Below, in pieces: positions 51,099-60,961 of a stretch of DNA of 64,000 bases. The stretch comes from an uncultured Chloroflexia bacterium. GTDB lineage: Bacteria; Chloroflexota; Limnocylindria; Limnocylindrales; CSP1-4. Made by a program: the position numbers and the translations under genes. The notes beneath the pieces were generated by a model, which saw nothing but the letters and a program-made list of their open reading frames with translations, was not told where the DNA came from and did not search any database. The stretch is taken from contig CAWEYL010000001.1 of NCBI GenBank assembly GCA_963813335.1, forward strand, positions 64,001 to 128,000. Direction: 5' to 3'. Position 1 is the first letter of the stretch. Each line of letters starts with the position of its first letter.

Positions 51099-52198
51099 CG
51101 GCGCTGGCGTCGAGACCCCACGTCGAGCGCTGGTCGCGCCGGTCGATCGCGCGGACAGCGGTCCTCGGTCTGGCCGTCATCGGCCTCTTCTTCGTGCCCA
51201 CGACGCTCGACACCAACATCACCCAGAAGCTGACCGGCCTCTGGATCCTGATCCTGATGGCCGCGATGTGGAACGCCCTGGCCGGGTACGGCGGCCTCGT
51301 GTCCGTGGGCCAGCAGGCGTTCATCGGCATCGGGGCGTACGCCACCATCTACCTGACCCATGCCGGCGTCGACGGCTACCTCGCGATGGCCGTCGCCGTC
51401 CTGATCACCGCGGTCTTCGGACTCGTGACGTCGTTCGTCGTCCTGCGGCTCCGTGGCGGTGAGTTCGCGATCGCCATGTGGGTGATCGCCGAGGTCTTCC
51501 GCCAGCTGGTCTCGCTCGACATCTCCGTCGGCGGCGGGACCGGGATCTCATTCACGGGCTTGAGCGGGATCGACCCCGACTACCGCCGTGCCTTCACGTA
51601 CTGGTGGGCGCTGGCGGCCGCGGTGACGGCCCTGCTGGTGCTCTTCTTCCTCTTGCGAAGCCGCTATGGCGCGGCGCTCCAGGCGATCCGTGACGACGAG
51701 GCGGCGGCCTCATCACTCGGCGTCCGTGTCCTTTCGAGCAAGCGGTTGATCTTCGTCCTCACCAGCGCCGGTTGCGGGGCGGCGGGTGCGGCGATCCTGG
51801 CGAACACGCTGTTCATCCAGCCGAACACGATCTTCTCGGTCCAGTGGACCGCGATGATGATCTTCATGGTCCTGGTCGGCGGGCTGGGGACCTTCGAGGG
51901 GCCGATCGTCGGGGCACTGATCCTCTTCCTCCTCCAGGACCAGTTCGGCAATGGCGGCGTCTGGTATCTGGTCGGGCTGGGGACGACGGCGATCCTGTTC
52001 GCGCTCTTCCTGCCGCGCGGGATCTGGGGGACGGTCACGGATCGGTTCGACATCCGATTGACGCCGACTGGGTACACGGTGCGCGGCCTGAGCGCCAGTC
52101 TGGGCCTGACGGCAGGACGAGCCGCGACCGATCCGGCCGCGGATACCCCACCTGACCCGCCACCGTCGACCAGCCCGGAGGACAAGGAAGCCCCATGA
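51095..52198 (+). CDS. ABC permease (LivM-like)
   Basis: WNALAGYGGLVSVG, AIRDDE and GGLGTFEGP motifs. Confidence 0.9.
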   Translation: MTALASRPHVERWSRRSIARTAVLGLAVIGLFFVPTTLDTNITQKLTGLWILILMAAMWNALAGYGGLVSVGQQAFIGIGAYATIYLTHAGVDGYLAMAVAVLITAVFGLVTSFVVLRLRGGEFAIAMWVIAEVFRQLVSLDISVGGGTGISFTGLSGIDPDYRRAFTYWWALAAAVTALLVLFFLLRSRYGAALQAIRDDEAAASSLGVRVLSSKRLIFVLTSAGCGAAGAAILANTLFIQPNTIFSVQWTAMMIFMVLVGGLGTFEGPIVGALILFLLQDQFGNGGVWYLVGLGTTAILFALFLPRGIWGTVTDRFDIRLTPTGYTVRGLSASLGLTAGRAATDPAADTPPDPPPSTSPEDKEAP

Positions 52199-53295
52199 AG
52201 ATGACTGCAGCCGTCGTCGACGAGAAGGGCGGACCGTTCGCGCTGCAGGACGTGCAGTTGGGCGGGATCCGCCCGGACGAGCTCCTGGTCAAGGTCCAGG
52301 CAGCCGGCATCTGTCACACGGACATCGTCGTCCGTGACCAGTGGTATCCCGTTCCGTTGCCGGCCGTCCTCGGGCACGAGGGCGGCGGCATCGTCGAGCA
52401 AGTGGGAAGCGCGGTCGTGGGCTTCGACGCCGGCGATCACGTCAGCCTCAGCTTCAACTCCTGCGGGATCTGTCGCCCATGCCTCACCGGTCGGCCGTCG
52501 TACTGCGCCGACTTCTTCGCGCGCAACTTCGGGTCGAGCCGGCCGGATGGAACGAGCGGCCTCTCCCGTGATGGCGGATCGATCAATGGCAACTACTTCG
52601 GGCAATCGAGCTTCGCGACGTACGCCATCGCCAATGTGCGTAGTGCCGTGAAGCTGCCGAAGGACATCCCGTTCGAGGTCGTCGCGCCATTCGGATGCGG
52701 GATCCAGACCGGCGCCGGCTCCGTCCTCAATTCCCTGCGACCGCCTGCCGGCAGCGCCATCGCCGTCTTCGGAGCAGGTTCGGTCGGCCTCGCGGCGATC
52801 ATGGCCGCGAGTCTGTCGGGCTGCACGACCATCATCGCGGTCGATATCGTGCCGGCGAGACTCGAGAAGGCTCGCGAACTTGGAGCGACGCACACGGTCG
52901 ACGGCAAGACAGAGGACGCGGTCGCGCGCATCATCGAGATCACAGGAGGTGGGGCGGATTTCAGCCTGGAGTGCACCGCGTCGCCCAAGGTCCTGCGCCA
53001 GGCACTGGAGTGCCTCGCCCCGGCCGGGGTGTGCGGGCTCATCGGTGCCGCGGCATTCGGCACCGAGGTCACGTTCGACATGAACAGCATCCTGATCCTG
53101 GGTCGAACGGTGCGGGGTCTGGTCGAGGGGGACAGCGTCCCGCAGCTGTTCATCCCGACCCTCGTAGAACTCTGGCGACAGGGCAAGTTCCCGGTCGACC
53201 GGATCGTGTCGACCTACGACTTCGACGCGATCGAGCAAGCGATCCACGACGCCGAAGCCGGCGTCGTCATCAAGCCCGTCCTTGTGATGGCCTAG
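52195..53295 (+). CDS. Zn-dependent aryl/benzyl-alcohol dehydrogenase (XylB/AreB-like)
   Basis: GICHTD, GHEG, YFGQSSFATY and GCGIQTGAG motifs. Confidence 0.85.
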   Translation: MKMTAAVVDEKGGPFALQDVQLGGIRPDELLVKVQAAGICHTDIVVRDQWYPVPLPAVLGHEGGGIVEQVGSAVVGFDAGDHVSLSFNSCGICRPCLTGRPSYCADFFARNFGSSRPDGTSGLSRDGGSINGNYFGQSSFATYAIANVRSAVKLPKDIPFEVVAPFGCGIQTGAGSVLNSLRPPAGSAIAVFGAGSVGLAAIMAASLSGCTTIIAVDIVPARLEKARELGATHTVDGKTEDAVARIIEITGGGADFSLECTASPKVLRQALECLAPAGVCGLIGAAAFGTEVTFDMNSILILGRTVRGLVEGDSVPQLFIPTLVELWRQGKFPVDRIVSTYDFDAIEQAIHDAEAGVVIKPVLVMA

Positions 53296-53315
53296 ACAAC
53301 CAGAAGGAGATCGAG

Positions 53316-54788
53316 ATGGCGACGGCGATCCAGGGCACGAAGTACGAGCATTCGATCGGCGGGACGTGGATGCCCGCCACCGGCGGGAAGACCTTCGACG
53401 ACCGCAACCCGTACACGGGCGAGGTCATCGCGACCGCGGCGGCCGGCACGCGCGAGGATGCCCGCAAGGCCGTCGACGCGGCGGCGGCGGCGTTCCCGGC
53501 CTGGTCGAAGGCGGCGCCCGCCCAGCGACAGCACATCTTCCTGGCGGCTGCGGACATCCTGGAGCGGCGGCGCGACGAGGTCGTGGGCCGGCTCGCGACG
53601 GAGACGGGCTGCACGTTCGGCTTCGCGATGTTCCAGATGGGCTTCGTCCCGGGCCTCTTCCGCCAGGCGGCCGGGCTCGCCTATGCGCCGATCGGCCAGG
53701 TCATCCCCTCCGACAACCCGGGGACGTTCGCGATGGGCATCCGCCGGCCGGTCGGCGTCGTCGCGGCGATCGCCCCCTGGAACGCTGCGCTGATCCTGTC
53801 CGCGCGGGCGATCGCGTCACCGCTCGTGGCGGGCAACACCGTCGTCCTGAAGCCGTCGCAGGACTCGCCGTTCGTGGGCGGCCTGCTGTGGGCTGAGGTC
53901 TTCGAGGAGGCCGGGCTGCCGCCCGGCGTGCTCAACGTGGTCACCCATGCGCCCGGCGACGGCTCGAAGATCGGCGACGAGTTCGCCGAGAACCCGGCCG
54001 TCCGGCGGATCAACTTCACGGGCTCGGCCGGGACCGGGCGCCGGATCGCCGAAGCGGCGGGACGCAACCTGAAGCGGGTCGTCCTCGAGCTCGGTGGCAG
54101 CAACCCGCTCCTCGTGCTGCGCGACGCCGACATCGGCTATGCCGTCGACGCGGCTGCCTTCGGCGCCTACCTCCACCAGGGCCAGATCTGCATGTCGACC
54201 CGGCGGATCTTCGTCGAGGCGCCCATCGCCGAGGAGTTCACGGGACGCCTCGCCGCCAAGGTGGCGGGCCTGAAGATGGGCGATCCGCTGCAGATGGACA
54301 CGATCATCGGGCCGCTCATCAACAAGGAAGCCTTCGACTCGGTGTCGTCGCGCGTGCGCGATGCCGTGAAGGACGGCGCGCGACTGCTCGCCGGCGGGAC
54401 GTCGGAGGGCCTCGTCTATGCCGCCACCCTGCTGGCGGACGTCCCGGAAACGAGTGACATCGCCAAGCACGAGACGTTCGGGCCGGTCGCCACGGTCGAG
54501 GTCGTCGCCGACGAGGACGCCGGCGTGGCGCGCGCGAACGCGACGTCGTACGGCCTGTCCGCCGGGATCATCACCAGCGACGCCGACAAGGGCCTGGCCA
54601 TCGCCGACCGGATCGAGGCCGGCATCGTCCACGTGAACGACCAGACTGTGGGCGACGAACCGCAGATGCCGTTCGGTGGCGTCAAGGACAGCGGCTGGGG
54701 CCGGTTCGGCGGCACGGCCGCCCTCGACGAGTTCACCGAGCTCAAGTGGGTGACGGTGCAGAGCGGCAGCCACCCGTATCCGTTCTGA
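53316..54788 (+). CDS. Aromatic aldehyde dehydrogenase (vanillin/benzaldehyde dehydrogenase-like)
   Basis: APWNA, FTGS, LELGG, HQGQICMS and ETFGP motifs; ends HPYPF. Confidence 0.85.
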   Translation: MATAIQGTKYEHSIGGTWMPATGGKTFDDRNPYTGEVIATAAAGTREDARKAVDAAAAAFPAWSKAAPAQRQHIFLAAADILERRRDEVVGRLATETGCTFGFAMFQMGFVPGLFRQAAGLAYAPIGQVIPSDNPGTFAMGIRRPVGVVAAIAPWNAALILSARAIASPLVAGNTVVLKPSQDSPFVGGLLWAEVFEEAGLPPGVLNVVTHAPGDGSKIGDEFAENPAVRRINFTGSAGTGRRIAEAAGRNLKRVVLELGGSNPLLVLRDADIGYAVDAAAFGAYLHQGQICMSTRRIFVEAPIAEEFTGRLAAKVAGLKMGDPLQMDTIIGPLINKEAFDSVSSRVRDAVKDGARLLAGGTSEGLVYAATLLADVPETSDIAKHETFGPVATVEVVADEDAGVARANATSYGLSAGIITSDADKGLAIADRIEAGIVHVNDQTVGDEPQMPFGGVKDSGWGRFGGTAALDEFTELKWVTVQSGSHPYPF

Positions 54789-54797
54789 GCCGGATGG

Positions 54798-56018
54798 TCA
54801 CGGCGTCGGGCGCAGGCGGACGCGCTCCGGGCCGAGCTCGGCGACGCTCGAGACGCCGAGCAGCTGCATCGTCCGCATGGCCTCCTTGCGGAGGAGTTCG
54901 CCGGCGCGCGCCACGCCGCGCTCGCCACCGGCCATCAGCCCGTACAGGTAGGCCCGACCGACGAGGGCGGCCCGCGCACCCATCGCCACCGCCGCGATCA
55001 CGTCGGCGCCGCTCATGATCCCGCCGTCCACGAAGACCTCGGCACGGTCACCCACGGCCGCGGCGATGGCCGGGAGTTGCTCCAGCGGGGTGGCGGCGCG
55101 GTCCAGCTGGCGGCCGCCGTGGTTGGAGACGACGATGGCGTCGGCGCCGGCATCGACCACCGCCCGCGCGTCGTCGACGGTCTGGATCCCCTTGATCACG
55201 AGGGGACCCTTCCAGGCGTCGCGCAGCCAGCCGAAGTCGGCGATCGTGACGGTCGGGTCGAAGACCCGGTTGATCAGGTCGGCGACCGTGCCGCCCGTCT
55301 CGGTGAAGACCGCGAACTGGAGGGGATCGGTGGTCAGCTTGTCGATCCACCAGCCGGGATGCCGGCCCATGTCCACGAGGGTCCGGAGCGACAGCGTCGG
55401 CGGGATCGTGAAGCCGTTGTGGACATCCCGAAGCCGGGCGCCGGCGACCGGCGTGTCGACGGTCAGCACCAGCGCCGAGAACCCGGCGGCCTGGGCGCGT
55501 CGCACCAGGTCGACTCCCGCCTCCCGGTCGCTCCACAGGTAGAGCTGGAACCAGCGGTCCGTGCCAGGTGATGCGAGCGCGACGGCCTCGGGGGACGTCG
55601 TGCCGAGGGTGGACAGGACGTACGGGATGCCGAGGCGCCCTGCGACGCGGGTGACCGCGGGTTCGCCCTCCTGGTGCATCAGCCGTGTGAACCCGGTCGG
55701 GGCGAAGACCAGCGGCATCGCCGACGGGCGGCCGAGGATCGTCGTCGAGAGATCGACCGTCGAGACGTCGCGCAGCACGCTCGGGACGAACTCGATCCGG
55801 GCGTACGATTCGCGCGAGCGCCGCAGGCTCGCCTCGGTCTCGGCGGCCCCGTCGGTGTAGTCGAAGACGGCCCGCGGAACGTGCCGGCGGGCGACGTTCC
55901 GGAGGTCCCAGATGGTCGCGGCCGAGGCGAGGCGCCGCTCGACCGGCGCCAGGTGGATCGGACCGGTCCGCAGGTACGGCCGGACCTCGGACGGGCGGGG
56001 GAGTCGGCGACGCGTCAT
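54798..56018 (-). CDS. FMN-dependent alpha-hydroxy acid dehydrogenase (LldD-like)
   Basis: FDYTDGAA, WFQLY, TVDTPV and SNHGGRQLD motifs. Confidence 0.88.
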   Translation of the reverse strand: MTRRRLPRPSEVRPYLRTGPIHLAPVERRLASAATIWDLRNVARRHVPRAVFDYTDGAAETEASLRRSRESYARIEFVPSVLRDVSTVDLSTTILGRPSAMPLVFAPTGFTRLMHQEGEPAVTRVAGRLGIPYVLSTLGTTSPEAVALASPGTDRWFQLYLWSDREAGVDLVRRAQAAGFSALVLTVDTPVAGARLRDVHNGFTIPPTLSLRTLVDMGRHPGWWIDKLTTDPLQFAVFTETGGTVADLINRVFDPTVTIADFGWLRDAWKGPLVIKGIQTVDDARAVVDAGADAIVVSNHGGRQLDRAATPLEQLPAIAAAVGDRAEVFVDGGIMSGADVIAAVAMGARAALVGRAYLYGLMAGGERGVARAGELLRKEAMRTMQLLGVSSVAELGPERVRLRPTP

Positions 56019-56098
56019 CGGATGCCCACGGCGGCAGTATCCCCGATGCTCCGGGCCCACTGCGCGGTACTCGACGTCGGCGAGCTCCTCGCTCGGGC

Positions 56099-58087
56099 CT
56101 AGACCGCCTCGTCGAGCGGTTGCGCGAACTGGGACTCGTAGAGGTTCGCGTAGGCGCCCTTGCGCGCGAGCAACCCGTCGTGCGTCCCCTGCTCGACGAT
56201 GTGGCCGGCCTCCATCACCAGGATCATGTCGGCGTCGCGGATCGTTGACAGTCGATGGGCGATCACGAACGTCGTGCGCCCCTCCATCAGCTTCTTCATC
56301 GCCCGCTGGATGAGGACCTCGGTGCGCGTGTCGACCGAGCTCGTGGCCTCGTCGAGGATGAGCACCGGCGGGTCGGCCAGGAAGGCCCGGGCGATGGTCA
56401 GGAGCTGCTTCTCCCCGGCTGACAGGTTGGTGGCGTCGTCGTCGATGACCGTCTCGTAGCCGTCCGGCAGCGTGCGCACGAAGTGGTCGACGTGGGCCGC
56501 CTCGGCCGCCGCGATGATGTCCGCCTCGCTGGCGTCCTCGCGCCCGTAGGCGATGTTCTCGCGGATGGTGCCGTTGAAGAGCCAGGTGTCCTGGAGGACC
56601 ATCCCGAAGGTCTTGCGCAGGTCGTCGCGAGTGAGCTCGCGCGAGTCGATGCCGTCGACCGTGATCCGCCCGCCGTCGAGCTCGTAGAAGCGCATCAGCA
56701 GGTTGACCAGCGTGGTCTTGCCCGCGCCGGTCGGCCCGACGATGGCGATCGTGTCACCCGCGTCGGCGACCAGGTGCAGGTCGTCGATCAGCGGCCGTTC
56801 CGGCTCGTAGCGGAACGAGACGTCCTCGAAGGCGACCGCACCCTTCGCCCGGCCCAGCACCTGCGGCGCGACGGGGTCGGGGATCTCCTCGGTCTCGTCG
56901 AGCAGCTCGAAGACGCGCTCCGCGGACGCGGCCGCGGACTGCAGGACGTTGACGATGCTGGCGGTCTGGATGAGCGGGAACGTGAACTGGCGCGAGTACT
57001 GGATGAACGCCACGACGTCGCCCAGCGACATCTTGCCGCTCACGACCTGGAGCCCGCCGATGACCGCGATCGCGACGTAGTTGAGGTTGGCGATGAAGTT
57101 CATGACCGGCTGGATGATCCCGGAGATGAACTGGGCCTTGTAGGACGCGTCGTAGAGCTTGTCGTTCTCCGTCTCGAAGGTGGCGATCGCCTCCTGCTGC
57201 CGGCCGAAGAGCTTGACGATGCTGTGGCCGGTGTGGCTCTCCTCGACGTGGCCGTTGAGCGTCCCGGTGGATGCCCACTGCTTGACGAACTGCGGCTGCG
57301 AGCGCCGGATGATCAGCGCGGTCGCGACCAGCGACAGGGGGACCGCGAGCAGCGAGACCACCGCGAGGAGCGGGCTGATCGTCAGCATCATGATCAGCAC
57401 GCCGATGATCGTGAACAGCGACGTGATGAGCTGGGTGAGCGTCTGCTGGAGGGACTGTCCGATGTTGTCGATGTCGTTGGTGACCCGGCTCAGCAGGTCG
57501 CCTCGCGAGTGGCCGTCGAAGTAGCGCAGCGGCAGGCGGGCGAGCTTGCGGTCGACCTGCTCGCGCAGCCGGTAGACGGTCCGCTGGGTGACCCCGGCCA
57601 TGATGTAGGCCTGTGCCCAGCTGAAGGCCGCGCTCAGGACGTAGAGGATCGCGAGGAAGCCGAGGATCCGCGCCAGCGCCCCGAAGTCGATGCCGACGCC
57701 AGGCGTCAGCGTGAGGCTGCCGAGGAAGTCCGCCAGCTGGTTCTGGCCCGAGGCGCGAAGGCCCGCGATGACCTGCTCCTGCGTCGCCCCGGCGGGGAGC
57801 TGGCCGCTGATCGACCCGGCCACGATCAGGTTGATCGCCTCGCCGAGGATCTTCGGGCCGACCACCGCGAATGAGACGCTGACGATCGCCAGCAGGACGA
57901 CCACCAGGATCAGCAGGCGTTCCGGGCGCAGCTCGCCGAACAGCCGCCGCAGCGCGCCGCGGAAGTCCGTCGGCTTGCCCACGGGCATGCCCATGCCCAT
58001 CATCCCCGGGCCGCCGCCGGGACGGCGCGGCGGCGCGCCGGGTGGAGGACCGGCCGGGGGACCGCCGGCGCCGGGTCGCCCGCTCAT
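56099..58087 (-). CDS. Heterodimeric ABC exporter subunit (TMD+NBD)
   Basis: GPTGAGKT, LSAGEKQ and DEATS motifs. Confidence 0.92.
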   Translation of the reverse strand: MSGRPGAGGPPAGPPPGAPPRRPGGGPGMMGMGMPVGKPTDFRGALRRLFGELRPERLLILVVVLLAIVSVSFAVVGPKILGEAINLIVAGSISGQLPAGATQEQVIAGLRASGQNQLADFLGSLTLTPGVGIDFGALARILGFLAILYVLSAAFSWAQAYIMAGVTQRTVYRLREQVDRKLARLPLRYFDGHSRGDLLSRVTNDIDNIGQSLQQTLTQLITSLFTIIGVLIMMLTISPLLAVVSLLAVPLSLVATALIIRRSQPQFVKQWASTGTLNGHVEESHTGHSIVKLFGRQQEAIATFETENDKLYDASYKAQFISGIIQPVMNFIANLNYVAIAVIGGLQVVSGKMSLGDVVAFIQYSRQFTFPLIQTASIVNVLQSAAASAERVFELLDETEEIPDPVAPQVLGRAKGAVAFEDVSFRYEPERPLIDDLHLVADAGDTIAIVGPTGAGKTTLVNLLMRFYELDGGRITVDGIDSRELTRDDLRKTFGMVLQDTWLFNGTIRENIAYGREDASEADIIAAAEAAHVDHFVRTLPDGYETVIDDDATNLSAGEKQLLTIARAFLADPPVLILDEATSSVDTRTEVLIQRAMKKLMEGRTTFVIAHRLSTIRDADMILVMEAGHIVEQGTHDGLLARKGAYANLYESQFAQPLDEAV

Positions 58088-59823
58088 CCCGCGGCCTCCT
58101 CGACGGAGAGCTGCGAGTAGACGATCTCCTGGTAGGTCTCGTTCGTGGCGAGCAGCTCCGGATGCGTGCCCACGCCGACGACCCGGCCGTCATCGAGGAC
58201 CACGATCCGGTCGGCCTTCATGATCGTGCCGACGCGCTGCGCGACGATGATCACCGTGGCGTCGCCGAGCTCGCGGCCCAGTGCGGCGCGCAGGCGCGCG
58301 TCGGTCGCGAAGTCGAGGGCCGAGAAGCTGTCGTCGAAGACGAAGATCGGCGCCCGCTTGACGAGCGCCCGGGCGATCGCGAGCCGCTGCCGCTGGCCGC
58401 CCGAGACGTTCGTCCCGCCCTGGGTGATCGGCGCCTCGAGGCCGCCCTCCATGGCCTCGACGAAGTCGCGCCCCTGCGCGATGGTCAGCGCCTCCCAGAG
58501 AGCCTCGTCGGTGGCGTCCTGGTCGCCGAAGCGCAGGTTCGATGCGACCGTCCCACTGAAGAGGAACGCCTTCTGCGGGATGAACCCGATCTGCCCCCAC
58601 AGGTCCTCGCGGGCCATCTGGCGCACGTCCACGCCGTCGACCGTCACGGATCCGCCCGTCACGTCGTAGAGCCGCGGGATGAGGTTGATCAGCGTGGTCT
58701 TGCCGCTGCCGGTGCTGCCGATGATCGCGGTGGTCTCGCCCGGCTGGGCCGCGAACGAGATCGCGTGGAGGACCGGCTCCTCGGCGCCCGGATAGCCGAA
58801 CTCGACGTCGTGGAACTCGACGAGGCCGGGCCGCCCGATCGGGGTCGGCTTGAGCGGGTCGGCCGGGTCGGTGATCGCCGGCTCGGTCTTGAGGACCTCC
58901 TGGATGCGGCCCGCGGAGACCGTCGCGCGGGGGATCAGGATGAACATGAAGACCGCGGTCAGGACCGCGAACAGGATCTGGGCGAGGTACTGCATGAACG
59001 CGGTCAGCGCGCCGATCTGCATCGCCCCGCTGTCCACGCGGATCGCGCCGAACCACACCACCGCGACCGTCGAGAGCTGGAAGATCGCCGAGATCACCGG
59101 GATCGTGATGGCGAAGAGGCGGCTGGTCTTGAGCGCGGTCTGGAAGAGGTCGTCGCTCGCGACGTCGAAGCGGGCCTCCTCGCGCGGCGTCTGCACGAAC
59201 GCCCGGATCACCCGCATGCCCGAGAGGGTCTCGCGCATGACCTGGTTGATGCGGTCGATCTTGACCTGCATGACCCGGAAGAGCGGGACAGCCCGGCTCA
59301 TGACGAGCCCGATCACCAGGGCCATCAGCGGCAGGATGATCAGCAGCAGCCCCGACAGCGGCACGTCGGTCCGCAGCGCCATGATGATCCCGCCGACGAT
59401 CAGGATGGGTGCGGAGACCAGGATCGTCAGGCCCATGAAGACCGTCGTCTGGACCTGCTGGACGTCGTTGGTGTTGCGGGTGATCAGCGACGCCGGGCCG
59501 AAGTGGTTGACCTCGACCTGCGAGAACGTCTCGACCTTGGTGAAGATGGCCGAGCGGACGTCGCGCCCGAAGCCCATCGCGATGCGGGCGCCGCCGTACA
59601 CCGCGAGCACCGAGGCGACGCCGAGCAGTCCGGTCACCACCAGCATCAGGGCGCCGACGCGGATGATGTAGTCCGTGTCGCCCTTGGCGATGCCGTTGTC
59701 GATGATGTCGGCGTTGAGGTCCGGCAGGTACAGGTTGCCGATCGCGCCGATCAGCAGCAGGACCAGGACGGCCGCCAGCGGCGCCGCATACGGGCGTAGG
59801 TAGGTCCTGAGGAGGGCGATCAT
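58084..59823 (-). CDS. Heterodimeric ABC exporter subunit with degenerate site
   Basis: GSTGSGKT, VSGGQRQ, FDDSFSALD (Glu to Asp) and AQR switch. Confidence 0.92.
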   Translation of the reverse strand: MIALLRTYLRPYAAPLAAVLVLLLIGAIGNLYLPDLNADIIDNGIAKGDTDYIIRVGALMLVVTGLLGVASVLAVYGGARIAMGFGRDVRSAIFTKVETFSQVEVNHFGPASLITRNTNDVQQVQTTVFMGLTILVSAPILIVGGIIMALRTDVPLSGLLLIILPLMALVIGLVMSRAVPLFRVMQVKIDRINQVMRETLSGMRVIRAFVQTPREEARFDVASDDLFQTALKTSRLFAITIPVISAIFQLSTVAVVWFGAIRVDSGAMQIGALTAFMQYLAQILFAVLTAVFMFILIPRATVSAGRIQEVLKTEPAITDPADPLKPTPIGRPGLVEFHDVEFGYPGAEEPVLHAISFAAQPGETTAIIGSTGSGKTTLINLIPRLYDVTGGSVTVDGVDVRQMAREDLWGQIGFIPQKAFLFSGTVASNLRFGDQDATDEALWEALTIAQGRDFVEAMEGGLEAPITQGGTNVSGGQRQRLAIARALVKRAPIFVFDDSFSALDFATDARLRAALGRELGDATVIIVAQRVGTIMKADRIVVLDDGRVVGVGTHPELLATNETYQEIVYSQLSVEEAAG

Positions 59824-59847
59824 CGGGGGGTCGCGCTGGGCCGCGCG

Positions 59848-59896
59848 ATATTCAATGTCAAGTGGATAATCTATGTCATCCGTAGCGACGGCGCAA
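59848..59896 (-). promoter_or_regulatory. Promoter and AT-rich imperfect palindrome upstream of the ABC exporter
   Basis: Minus strand TTGCGC-17-TAGATT, followed by TATCCA-N8-TGAATA. Confidence 0.5.
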
Positions 59897-59898
59897 CG

Positions 59899-60780
59899 TC
59901 AGCCGAGGGCCGCCCCCACCCGGTCGCGGAGTACTGGATCCGTGAAGACGAGCACGATGTCGCCGCCGGCGCCGCGGACGTCCAGGGCCGGGTCGCCGCT
60001 GCGTAGGTGCCACAGCCGCACCCGACGGGCGGCCCCGCCGCGCCGGACGGGCACGGGCCGCTCGACCCCGCCGTCGGCGACCGTGAGCTGGGCGACATCG
60101 GGGCCGGGCGTCACGGTCACGATGCATGGCCTCGGTCCGGACAGCGGCGCGTTCTCCGAGCGGATCCAGCCGGCCCACGCCGCGGGCACGCCATCGCTCG
60201 GCGCCGGTCGGACCGGGTCGCTCGGCATCGACACCGCCCGTCCGCCGCGCTCCGGGCGAACCACGGGGTAGCCCATCCGCAGGCCGATCGCGATGAGCAC
60301 GCCCACGATCCCCGGCACGAGGATCAGCCAGAACCGGTCGTCCTGGCGCGGTTCGGCCACGGCGTCGGCGTCGAACCAGCCGATGTAGCCGGTCCCGTTC
60401 GGGCCGGTGGCGGAGAGGGTGCCGGTGAGGGTGATCGGTCCAAGCGGCAGTGCGGAGAGGGCCAGGACGTTGACGTAGGAGGTGCCATCGGCCGGGTCGA
60501 CCAGCTCGTACAGGAGGGGCTGGACCGCGTTGTTGGCCGAGCGCAGGTTTCCCTCGATCCGGAACCACGAGGTCATCGCCGGGATGCGCTGGTAGCGGAC
60601 GTCGTCAAAGGTGATGTCGGTCGGCCGCTTCGAGCTCCCGATCCAGAGGGTCGGCACCGCGGAGACCAGCAGGAGGACGACGACCAGGGCGCGCGCCCCG
60701 GTTCGCGAGCCGCCCATGAGCCCCTGGGCGCCGGCTCCCAGCGCGCCGATGGCCGCGAGCAGTCGGTCGAGCAACGTCAT
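59899..60780 (-). CDS. Hypothetical membrane protein
   Basis: Two hydrophobic segments; no recognised motif. Confidence 0.6.
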   Translation of the reverse strand: MTLLDRLLAAIGALGAGAQGLMGGSRTGARALVVVLLLVSAVPTLWIGSSKRPTDITFDDVRYQRIPAMTSWFRIEGNLRSANNAVQPLLYELVDPADGTSYVNVLALSALPLGPITLTGTLSATGPNGTGYIGWFDADAVAEPRQDDRFWLILVPGIVGVLIAIGLRMGYPVVRPERGGRAVSMPSDPVRPAPSDGVPAAWAGWIRSENAPLSGPRPCIVTVTPGPDVAQLTVADGGVERPVPVRRGGAARRVRLWHLRSGDPALDVRGAGGDIVLVFTDPVLRDRVGAALG

Positions 60781-60961
60781 CACCATCGCGGCCCGGAGTC
60801 TAGGGCAAACGACAAGGCCGAACGTCCTCCCGTTTCGGGGGCCTTCGGCAGGTGCGGCCGCGACGGCCTGTCGGCGACGCTGATGCCTCGGACGGGCCGT
60901 CACGAGCGGCTCGTCCGCGTCATCGCGCCGCGCGACCGGTCGCGGCCACCAGGGGCAGGAC

